Assembly (NCBI RefSeq): GCF_006345805.1
Contig: NC_043009.1
Span: forward strand, 54,064,001-54,128,000
From: Octopus sinensis
Lineage: Eukaryota
DNA: 64,000 nucleotides
Direction: 5' to 3'
Both the position numbers and the translations under genes were made by a program. Positions 53,456 through 64,000 of the stretch are shown one piece after another. Position 1 is the first letter of the stretch, and every line of letters begins with the position of its first letter. The notes under the pieces are model-generated. The model was not told the origin of the DNA and did not search any database. It worked only from the letters and a program-made list of their open reading frames with translations.

Positions 53456-54459
53456 AATATCAACTTCTTACTGACAATTATAGCGCAAGTTTGCGGTACC
53501 TCAGATCTACTTGGTTTATCTTGATGATTATTTTATTGACCCAAGAAACATTAAAGCAAAATCTGCCTCGGTACAATACAAAATTAAAACACAAGGCGTA
53601 AACGTTCCAAGGCATTTGTTACAAGCGATCATATGATTTTCTTAATGCAGGCGTTGATAAACCAATATTGGAATTATGAGGAATTTAGGATGCTTTTGGA
53701 TTACTGTATGTCATACTAACAGCATTGAATTCTACATGTGTAACGATAAAGTTCCGCCTGTATAGTTGAAGGAAATTATTTCCTGTTCTGTGGTGTAAGA
53801 TGTCTTTAAAACTTACTGTGTATGAAAAGGTTTACCTAATAATTATTAGAAGTGACATTGTTTACGTAGTTAACATAGACATATCTCCAAACGAGACAAT
53901 GGTTTCATAAAGAGAAATAAACATATCATGTCAAATATAGCTAACGATAGCGAGTGAAGATATTTAATATACATGTATGTATTCGGTTATAGCATATTAA
54001 CACATTCAGTACACTTTCTCATCAATATGATTCGTTCCGAATAGACATAAACATATAGAATGAGACAGAAAGTGGACATAGAGTCAGTGAAATATTGTCT
54101 ACTTACATTCGTTAAAATGAAATATTACTTTCCAAAATGTCCCACACAATTTTATGACTGACACGTCTATTGTGTTTATGAACAAATAAATGATACGGCA
54201 ATAATACTAAATCATGTGCATGAAAAAATATACGTGTGTATGTGTATCTATAAAGATATGCTATGTAATAATAATAATTACAATAATAATAATAATAATA
54301 ATAATCATAATGATAATAATAATCATAATAATAATAATAATGATGATGATAATAATAATAATCGTTCCCCTGCTCCCGCCCACGCTGTCGCGCTTCCCCT
54401 TACCTGTCCAGCACCACCCACCTCTTCGGCACCCATCATCGACCCGATCATATCATGTA

Positions 54460-54493
<34 letters not shown>

Positions 54494-54689
54494 AGTTCCC
54501 TTTTGCCATTTTATTACCACTACATAGAAAAACAAACTACCTTTAATGAATGAGTGAATTAATCAATTAATAAACATTAGCTAAATACTTTTGTACGCTT
54601 GAGTGTATATATATATATATTTGCATACATATATTTTCACACTTTCACACATACATGTATCTATGTCTATATATATATTATATAATATA

Positions 54690-54720
<31 letters not shown>

Positions 54721-54752
54721 AATATATATATAATATATATAATATATATATA

Positions 54753-54792
<40 letters not shown>

Positions 54793-55289
54793 ATATATAT
54801 ATATATTTATAATATTATACATATGTATATGCATGTATATATGTATGTCCATATATATTTAACAAGCTAACAATGGCAAAACTACGATTTACATTTAATT
54901 AGCTTGATAAGACAACCGTTATCCAATAAGTCCATTTAGATTTACATGTACAAGACCAGCCAATGGAAATTCAATTAATCAGAAATCAATTTTAACGAAC
55001 TACGAAACCATATAAATGAAATGAAAGTCAATAAATTAAATAACTAAATAACTAAATAAAATTTTCCATTTATAACACCATAACTGCACCCACCATAACA
55101 CACAAGCTACTCCAAAGATATTGCCATTCCTTCACTCCTACTAACTTTAATACAACTAGTTTTTAAATTGGACCAAGTACAATTGAGAGGCAGCAAAAAG
55201 TCTCATTCACAATATATTTAATATCATCCCCTTCATCATCATCATTACCATCACCATTACCATTATTATAATCGTCCTCATCGCCGTCG

Positions 55290-55552
55290 TCGTCGCCAGC
55301 AAAATCTGTACATTAGGTTATCGAATCCTCTGGCTCATAGTGCAGATTTCCTGGTTTCCAAGGCGCATAAGTGACCGAAATCACAGCACTCTCCCTAAAT
55401 GCATCATCAGTCCATCGTATGGTTATTAATTTGAGCTGAATTGACGCGAAGTGCTTTACTCTAGAACACAACACCTCGCCCGTTCCGGAAATAGAAAAGA
55501 CAATGCGGCGACCATGGGTGCAACACCCTACTAACCACTAGGCCATGCCCTA
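55290..55552 (-). mobile_element. Degraded tRNA-derived SINE (distinct family)
   Basis: Minus start gggcatggcctagtggttag.. resembles a tRNA A box. Confidence 0.45.
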
Positions 55553-56120
55553 ATCCTTTAATACCCTATGAATTCATAATACGAACATTTTGCAGATTTG
55601 GTGCTCAAAAATTTGTCCAACTAAACATTGTTGCATTGAGTCACTTATTAACAAATATCTTAGATTAATACTTCACCTCTGGCTATTTGAAAGACCGATA
55701 GCTCTATTAATAGATAGCTCTATTAATTTTATTTTTCTTCATTTAGGCTATTACACAAGCGAGATGTTATCCGAAAATTCTACTGTTCTGTACACCTTAT
55801 GTTAGGTTGACAGTTTTACGTTTCGTGATTTCCGCAGTAAAACATTGGCTTTCCGACAGCGACACCAGCAAACTGGATACGGTCAACTAGCTCTGCAACT
55901 TGGCAGTTGTCGCCAGAAATCAAACAATACAAGTATTTCAACTGGTTTGACATATGCAGAAAATGACTCGTGAACAGGATGTACGAAGTTCACGTCTCGG
56001 CTGTTCAGTCTTAGGTGATATTATGCTTTAGTCTCATTTACATCAATACATAAGCACGGAAGATCTGTTGCAGTACATTTAAAATGATTTGTTCTGAATA
56101 TGTTTAGGAAAATTTCTACT

Positions 56121-56536
56121 AGGCGCAGGAATGGCTGTGTGGTAGTAAGTAGCTTTCTTACCAACCACAGGGTTCCGGGTTCAGTCACATTGCGTGGCAT
56201 CTTACGCAAGTGTCTTCTACTTTACCATCGGGCCGACCAAAGCCTTGTGAGTGGATTTGGTAGACGGAAACTGAAAGAAGCCCGTCGTATATATGTATGT
56301 ATATATGTGTGTGTATGTTTGTGTGTCTGTGCTCGTCCCCCCAGCATTGCTTGACAACCGATGCTCGTTCGTTTATGTCTCCGTCACTTAGCGGTTCGGC
56401 AAAAGAGACCGATAGAATAAGTACTAGGTTTATAAAGAATAAGTCCCGGGGTCGATTTGCTCGACTAAAGGCGGTGCTCCAGCATGGCCGCAGTCAAATG
56501 ACTGAAAAAAGTAAAAGAGTAAAAGAGTAAAGAGAG
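56121..56536 (+). mobile_element. SINE family B, full-length
   Basis: aggcgcaggaatggctgtgtgg..(aaaagagt)n tail. Confidence 0.9.
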
Positions 56537-57411
56537 TAGTTCTGAATTAATAGCGAAAATAATCGTGAATATGCATGTCGAGGCACTTCTAATTGGATCG
56601 TGTTCTACATAGTTTCAAAAACCGCCATCTACGCTTGAGTGAGTGAGTACACACCCTGCTATCGCGGTTCCACTCCATGTTTTGAAGCCAGATACCCAGA
56701 AATAACGGAACCAACGTTCGAACAAGTATACAGCCTCTGGTTTACACCATCGTTCTCTAGGAAGATCGAAGCAGACTGACCATCAACACGAATTTATCTA
56801 GACACCATTACAAAATTATTTTTATGTGCTCTCTGTTATTATATTGTCGAAAGTGTACATGGCGCCAATGGCCACAACTAAAAGTGGGGCTCCCTTTTCG
56901 GCTTCAACGCTGGCAGCCACAGGAATTTGTAAGTGTGAGTCAGGTAGTGTGTATGTGTGAATTTTGAAGACTGTAGTGAGGGTTTTGCGTTCAGGAATAT
57001 TGCGCAAGGGATTAACAAGATATTGGTTGCTTTTTTAAATGGAAATGTGCTAATTAAGGGTATTGACTACTAATGGCATAAATTTGGTCTAACATTCTAC
57101 CTAACTAGTATACAAGAGATAACAAGAATGCACTCCTATTAAATGCAATCCACGTTTCTTATATCAAAAACTCAGCCTTATAGTTAGTATTCTTTAATAG
57201 GTCTTTTGCAACGCTTCTACAAGAACTTGCCATCCAAATAAAGTTTTCAGTTCCTTTTACTATATTGTGTTTCAAAGTCTTTTAACTAACATTTATTTAA
57301 GAGCAATCTTTAAGGCAGCGAGAAAACAGAACAGTTACCTCACCGGATAAAATGTATAGAGACAATTCTTCTGGTCAATATTTTAGGGCAATCTGTCTCT
57401 GTGTGTGCGCA

Positions 57412-57447
<36 letters not shown>

Positions 57448-58276
57448 TCTGTATCTGTGTGTTTGTGTTGGTGTGCGTATCTGTGCGTATATATGTATGT
57501 GTGTGTGCGCATGTGCTTGTGTAGATATGGCAAATATACATATGGATAGTTAGATTAGAACGTTACTTGCATAAATATGCTGTACGTGTATTGCTGATAA
57601 ATATTCAGAAGAGTGAATACATCGGTAGATTGTTTGAGTGTCCATGTGTTTGACAGAGAGAGATTGGCAGGGAGAGTTGCAAGGAAGACAAAAGGAATGT
57701 GTTCATGTGGTCGTCTATCACAAAAGAGTCAGTTATGAAATAGTAAGTGATAAATAGAAAGTATAATATATGTTATGACAAGCGTGTGAATGTGAAGGTG
57801 AACTGTATGGTGTATAAAAAGACATTCACAATGAATTATAGAAATATATGAGCTACGAATCCTATATGGACTTCAGTTACAAACATTGTTCCATTCAAAA
57901 GTGAACATTCGATTTGCAGAACGATAAAAACAAGAGAGATGTTGCACTTTTAAGTTATCTGGTACCTTGTTATTTGCGTCTGGTTGAGGTGCGGCTATTT
58001 GTTTTAAGTGAATCGAAATGGAAAAAAAGCCTCTCAGAATTGTCTGAATTTCATTGGAACTAAAAATTTACGACGTGCTAAATAAAGAAATATAGTCCGT
58101 TATGACAAGTTTTTGGTTTAACATTGCGTTAGTTTATGTGATGTATGACACAATAACTTGAAAAATTCTAAAAATACATGTGCAAATTTTAACACCACGG
58201 ACAAAGAGGAAAAGAGGAGGTGGCGAGGAAGAGACAAACAGAGAGACAGATGGTGAGATAAGCAGTCAGACGGATG

Positions 58277-58321
<45 letters not shown>

Positions 58322-58479
58322 CGGGCAGTTTGACAGTTGGAATTTCATAAATAAAGAGGGAAAAACTTTCCAGGCAGCAACAAATTATTCTGCTTTCCAA
58401 ATTCATCGACCTACTGTGATAACAACATGTGTTACAACCTCTCAACTGACAGCAGCGACAACAGCGGCGTTAAAGAAGT

Positions 58480-58560
58480 TGTTGTAGTGGCAGCAGCAGC
58501 GGTAGTAGTAGTATTAGTAGCAGCAGCAGCAGCAGCATCAGTAGTAATAGTAGTTGTAGT

Positions 58561-58621
<61 letters not shown>

Positions 58622-58632
58622 CTGGTTGTAGT

Positions 58633-58687
<55 letters not shown>

Positions 58688-58697
58688 ACAGCAGCAA

Positions 58698-58730
<33 letters not shown>

Positions 58731-58749
58731 TAGTAGTAGTAGCAGCAGC

Positions 58750-58784
<35 letters not shown>

Positions 58785-58809
58785 CAGCAGCAGCAACAGC
58801 AGCAGCAGC

Positions 58810-58863
<54 letters not shown>
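58480..58863. repeat. Compound (GCA)/(GTA)n microsatellite
   Basis: Directly visible. Confidence 0.95.
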
Positions 58864-59099
58864 TACTTTGATTTCTTATGAGTTTCTTTCCTTTAAAAAT
58901 CGACACGAACTTTCCGGACAACCCAATAGTTCGCGGCTGAAACTTTGTTTGATCGACCCTCGAGGGATGAATGGCACAGCTGATGACGTTTATATCTCAA
59001 TTGAGAATGTAAAGACTTGGAACTGAGTGCTGCAAACTCTTTTATCCAATACTCTATTCTGCAAACAAAACCTCCTACCATAATAATTATAATAATTAT

Positions 59100-59538
59100 G
59101 TTTTACAAATTTGGACACGAGGCCAGTAATTTAGGAGGCGGGACGTAAGTCGATTACACCAATCCCAGTACTCAGCTGGTACTTATTTTATCGACTCACA
59201 AAAGGATGAAAGGCACAGTCGAGCTCGGCCAGAACTTTAACTCAGAACGTGAGGACAAGCGAAATACCTCTAAGCATTTTGCCCGGTGCGGTAATGATTT
59301 CTACCAGTTCAATAATAATGATAATAATAATCCTTTCGACCATAGGCAGAAGGCCAGAAATTTTGTGGGAAGTGGGATAGTCGATCACATCGACCCCATT
59401 ACGTAACTGGTCCTTAATTTATCGACCCAGAAAGGATGAAAGGTAAAGTCGACCTCGGCGGAATTTGAACGTAGCGGCAGGCGATATACCGCTGAGCATT
59501 AAGCCCCGCGTTTTAACGAGTTTGCTAGCTTGCCGCCT
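59100..59538 (-). mobile_element. Two tandem SINE family A copies separated by (AAT)n
   Basis: Cores at ~59170-59300 and ~59400-59538. Confidence 0.85.
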
Positions 59539-59552
59539 CAACAACAACTACA

Positions 59553-60220
59553 AGAGTTGGCCAATATCTACAGTGGTTATTATACCGGCATAGTAAGATC
59601 AAAACTGCTGACAAATGGTACAAACACCTCCGTGAGGCTGTAACTGAGGGTGAAAATGAAACGATTCTTTGGGATTTTCCAGTAGATACAGACCGGACAA
59701 TGAAAGCTAATAAACCAGATATTGTTGTGAACGACTAAAACAATAAAACCTGTTTATTGATTGACAAGGGCATACCTTGTGATTATAATATCTCGGCAAA
59801 AGAATTTGGTAAGACCAGAAAGCATGAAGATTTCCTGATTGAAATCGAAACAATGTGGCATCTCAAGACAGTGATTGTAGGAGGACTTGGAATGATCAAA
59901 AAGGAACTGAAAATTATTTGAGGATGATCCCGGCGCACCATTCATGCAGGGAGTGCAAAAGATTGTTGTAACCGGTATGTCACACTTATATAGAAGAGCA
60001 TTGTCGCTGTGAATTTTCTTTCCTTTTTATTCTTTATTTTCTTTGTTTTCTATTTCATTTCTTTCTTTTTTTCTTTTTCTCTTTTTCGCCCTGTCCTCCA
60101 GCCTTCCTTCCCTTCACATGGTGTCTTTATTTTAATGGCCTACCAAGGTATACGGTGAGTTACTTTGCCCTACGTGTCGGGAAGTCACTCGGCAAGAAAC
60201 GTAAACAAAATTACGAGGAG
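59553..60220 (+). mobile_element. R4/Dong-type non-LTR retrotransposon 3' fragment (RLE domain plus 3' UTR)
   Basis: RVGQYLQW..KIKTADKWYKH..EAVTEGENETILWDFPVDTDRTMKANKPDIVVND*NNKTCLLIDKGIPCDYNISAKEF..IEIETMWHLK..VIVGGLGMIKK..VQKIV.., stop at 60010-60012; PD..D RLE motif; ends in (TAA)n. Confidence 0.85.
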
Positions 60221-60269
<49 letters not shown>

Positions 60270-60563
60270 TGATGATGATGATGATGAAAAAGAACTTGTT
60301 ATGAATCACGTTCCCGACTAACCCCGTAACAAAAATTAAATCCAACAGTTCAATTTTCCAAACGGAAACATTTACCTTGCTCTCAAATTTTATTCAATGG
60401 ATCATTGTTACATCTTTTCACTATTTTATTATTATCATCTTCGTTTCAATCATCATCATCATCACCATCATCATCCTCATCCTCTTCATCGCCGTCCTCG
60501 TCATAATCGTCACCATCATCTTCATCACTCTCGACATCATCATCATCATCATTGGTATTATTA

Positions 60564-60621
<58 letters not shown>

Positions 60622-60631
60622 CATCATTATT

Positions 60632-60672
<41 letters not shown>

Positions 60673-60830
60673 TATTATTATCATCATCATCATCATCATC
60701 ATTATTATTATTATAATTATCATCATCATCATTATTATTATCATTATTATTATTATTTTATTATCATTTTTGTTGTTGTTGTTGTTATTATTATTATTAT
60801 TATTATTATCAGTATTATTATTATTATTTA
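60221..60830. repeat. (AAT)/(GAT)n (60221-60287) and (CAT)/(ATT)n (60425-60830) arrays
   Basis: Directly visible. Confidence 0.95.
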
Positions 60831-62331
60831 ATTATCGCTTTTGTTCATTCCTTATTTTTACGGGATTTCGTTTCTTTGTTTCTTTATTTAAATTATTTCG
60901 TCGTTCTAAAAGTATTGGAATGGGGGTACAGGTGGGGAATGCCAGGAAAATCGAAAAAGGGAAAAGAAACATTAAAAAAAAAAACGAAAAAGAAACTTTT
61001 TAAAGAAACAAGGCAAATAACTGCCTCGGCATTGATATAAATCTGATTATTTTCTGCATTTAAGCACTTCAATTGATAATGGCCCAAGAATCAATAGTCT
61101 CACGTGCTTGGAAATGGAAACCAATCTCCAGTTTGCATTATTGTTTAAATTGAAAAAGAAGGCAATATTTTTGCCTCCCAAAACATATTATTTCCTTGTT
61201 TTCTTCTTTATTTATTTTATGAATTTTTTGTTGGTTTTTTTTTTGTTTTTTGATGATGCAGGATGTTGTACAGTTTTAATGTTTATATCAGGTTTTATTG
61301 TTCCCTCCAAAATTATAATGCGATGCTCCTTGTTATCCCTCAATTCATAAAATGATTTTCCTCTTTATATTTTGCAGTCAATTATTTATTCAGTTCTAAT
61401 TTTGTTTATTTTTTTTTGTGTTTCGCTTGCTTGCTGTTTTTTTTTCTTTATTTTTGAATTTGTTTATGTTCTTCTTGAGAATGGGAAATGGCCAGTATGT
61501 ACAATATGAATAGAAACACCGAGTGTTGGAATATTTAGCTTCAGTGATTCCATCGGCTTGTCGCGCTTACAAAACATAATCAACGCAAAGAACATGTATT
61601 TCTATGCCTCTTTGCTTTCTTAAAATATATAACAAATTTTACGTTTGGATCGAGTGTGTTTTCTGAAAAAATTCAACATGTAAGATAAAACGCATGACGT
61701 GAGAATCGCGGAATAGAATACAACAACAAAAAAATGTCATAAAATGAAGAGTTAAGCAGAAAATGATATCACACATTACTGTTCTATGGTGATGATACAA
61801 GAGATCTCAATAAGACAAATATATGAAAGAAAAAGGTGAATACAGTGGATATAGGTAAAGAAAATTTGCAGCATTGTTTGAGACGTGTAGGAATAAACAT
61901 TTGAGACGGAAGGATATTTCATTGCGAATCAATGCCAAATTCTTCTTAGCAGAAACTAATAGAAGGCTAATTATGAGGATGTGAGCAGTCTGGATATCCA
62001 AAATTTATATGTCACAGTGACAAAATAAGGAATTTCAAATTCACTGCATTCAAAATGTCGGTTGGTTTACTTCCTTTAAAATATATTTAAAAACTATTAT
62101 TCGTTTCGTAAATAAAGTGATTTAAACATAACGTAGTACAAAATTTCTATTAAAAATATAAGAGTTTTGCTTCCCAACCGCATGATTCTGGATATTATCC
62201 TATGTGCATGGTACCTTGTGCGAGTGTCTTCTACCATCTCTTCGAGACAACCAAAGATATGTGTGGATCTTTTTTTAAGAGACAAAGCTGAAACAAACCT
62301 ACAATGTATGTATGTATGTATGTATGTATGT

Positions 62332-62406
<75 letters not shown>

Positions 62407-62727
62407 TACATATGTACATATATACATACATACATATATATGAGTGTATGTGTGAGTATGATTGTGTTCCTTCCCGCGCCGACCGTTTGCCGATTGATGT
62501 TAGTGTGATTACGCCCCAACAACTTTGTAGTTTAAAAACGGAAGCCGCTAGAATAAATACCAGGCTTGAAAAGTAACCAATGAGGTCGGTTCATTCGACG
62601 AAAAGTTTTGTAGGCAGTGCCCCAGCATGGCCTCATGAAACTGACTGAAACAAGTAAAAGATTAAAGATGAATCATATGTTCATGTGTTTACATATATGT
62701 GCGTGTGTGTGTACATATATATATATA

Positions 62728-62758
<31 letters not shown>

Positions 62759-62814
62759 CATACGCATACAGACACACACATATACATAGATATGAGTGTG
62801 CGTGTTTATGTATG

Positions 62815-62854
<40 letters not shown>

Positions 62855-62857
<3 letters not shown>

Positions 62858-63990
62858 GGGTTGAACAAAATAATGGAAACACCTTAAAATTTCAAACAAG
62901 TTTATTTTAATAAGGGATAAGACCGCATTTGGCAGTAATTACATCTTGAATTCAACGAGACATTGACTCGTACAAAGGCTGAATTGTTTCCAAAGGAATT
63001 TTTGTCCATTCTTCAGCTAAAACAGTCTCCTGGTGCCATTCAGTAACAACTTTAGCTGTCTGAAGTGGTGTATTATCATCCTAAAAGATTTCGTTTACCA
63101 ACGGAAACAGTTCCGCAACAATACGATGAATTTGATCAGATAATATGATCAAATAGTCTTGACTATTATTTCTGCCACGAAGGGTAACCATTGGGCCGGC
63201 GGATTTCCAAGATATAGTCCCAGATCATCACATATCCTTTTCCATGTTTGAGAGTTGGAAGACGGCAGTCAGGATCAAATGCTTCTTTTGGATATCTCCA
63301 CATGTATACTGGGCCGGTGTTCGGAAATAAGGTAAAGGATGACTGGTCCGAGAAAATAACATTCTTCCACTGCTCCAAGGACCAATTCTGTAGGTTTTTA
63401 CGCTACTCTAAATACTTTGCAACGTTTGGTTTTGAAAATAGTGGTTTTCTGATTGCTGCCCTCCCGTGAAATCTAGCTTCGTGCAGCTCTCGACGAACAG
63501 TTTTTGTAGAAACTATGTTATCGAGATGGTCATTAAGCTCTGCAGAAATTTTGGGAGCTGTACTTTTGTGATCCTTTCTAAAAATTCCCGTTAGACTCCG
63601 AATGTCCCTATCTGAATGTTTTGGTTTTCTTCCGGAGTCTTGTTTCGACGAGGAGGTTTTTCCCACTTTCTCAAAGGCTGTCATTACTTTCGAGACAGTA
63701 CTTCTCGATACACCAAACATTTAAGCTGTTTTCATTACGCTAGCGCCTGCCATACGATCACCAACAACTTGACCTCTTTGAAAGTCCGATAGATCTGTCA
63801 TTTTAATGAATTTTTATTACCTTTTTCTGATGATATCTGAAAAGAAACAGCAATTTTAGCAAACCATATTAGGCAACACTAATAAATAAAAAAAGGACAT
63901 AAAACTAAACAAGCTTTTAACGGTTTTGTGGATATTTGAAAATTATGATGCTATGATGCTAGGTGTTTCCGATATTTCGTCCAACTCTGT
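62855..63990 (-). mobile_element. Near-full-length Tc1-like transposon with ~30-bp TIRs
   Basis: Left caggggttgaacaaaataatggaaacacc; right ggtgtttccgatatttcgtccaactctg|ta. Confidence 0.9.
62907..63801 (-). pseudogene. Inactivated Tc1 transposase
   Basis: MTDLSDFQRGQVVG..MFGVSRSTVSKVMT..GRKPK..AAIRKPL..WKNVIFSDQSSFTLFP..VKHG-like LKHGKGYVMIW..F*DDNTP; stops, frameshift, and the NPIE (third catalytic E) segment is missing. Confidence 0.9.
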
Positions 63991-64000
63991 ATTTATATAT

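Noticed and set aside
61770-61900. LLFYGDDT resembling an RT YADD motif
   Set aside because: Single short motif with no flanking RT support.

Overview
AT-rich, microsatellite-dense eukaryotic DNA, very probably from an octopus (inferred from the recurrent tRNA-derived SINE families). I find no host protein-coding gene I can support; almost all ORFs in the track are translated simple repeats. The window holds three or more SINE families, Tc1/mariner relics (one near-full-length Tc1 with TIRs), MITE-like foldbacks, Helitron/Helentron-like non-autonomous elements, RTE- and R4/Dong-type LINE fragments, and several Penelope-like (PLE) fragments. A 100-N assembly gap at 28745-28844 is flanked by a duplicated ~0.85 kb segment. 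The most interesting signals are: (1) six minimal type I hammerhead-ribozyme motifs plus one degraded sister copy, from about five unrelated PLE-like ends, all with tiny self-complementary helix III; (2) an 81-nt pre-miRNA-like hairpin in unique sequence at 32554-32634; (3) a spacerless 238-bp palindrome at 24633-24870. All alignments and translations were done by eye; coordinates of degraded elements are approximate.
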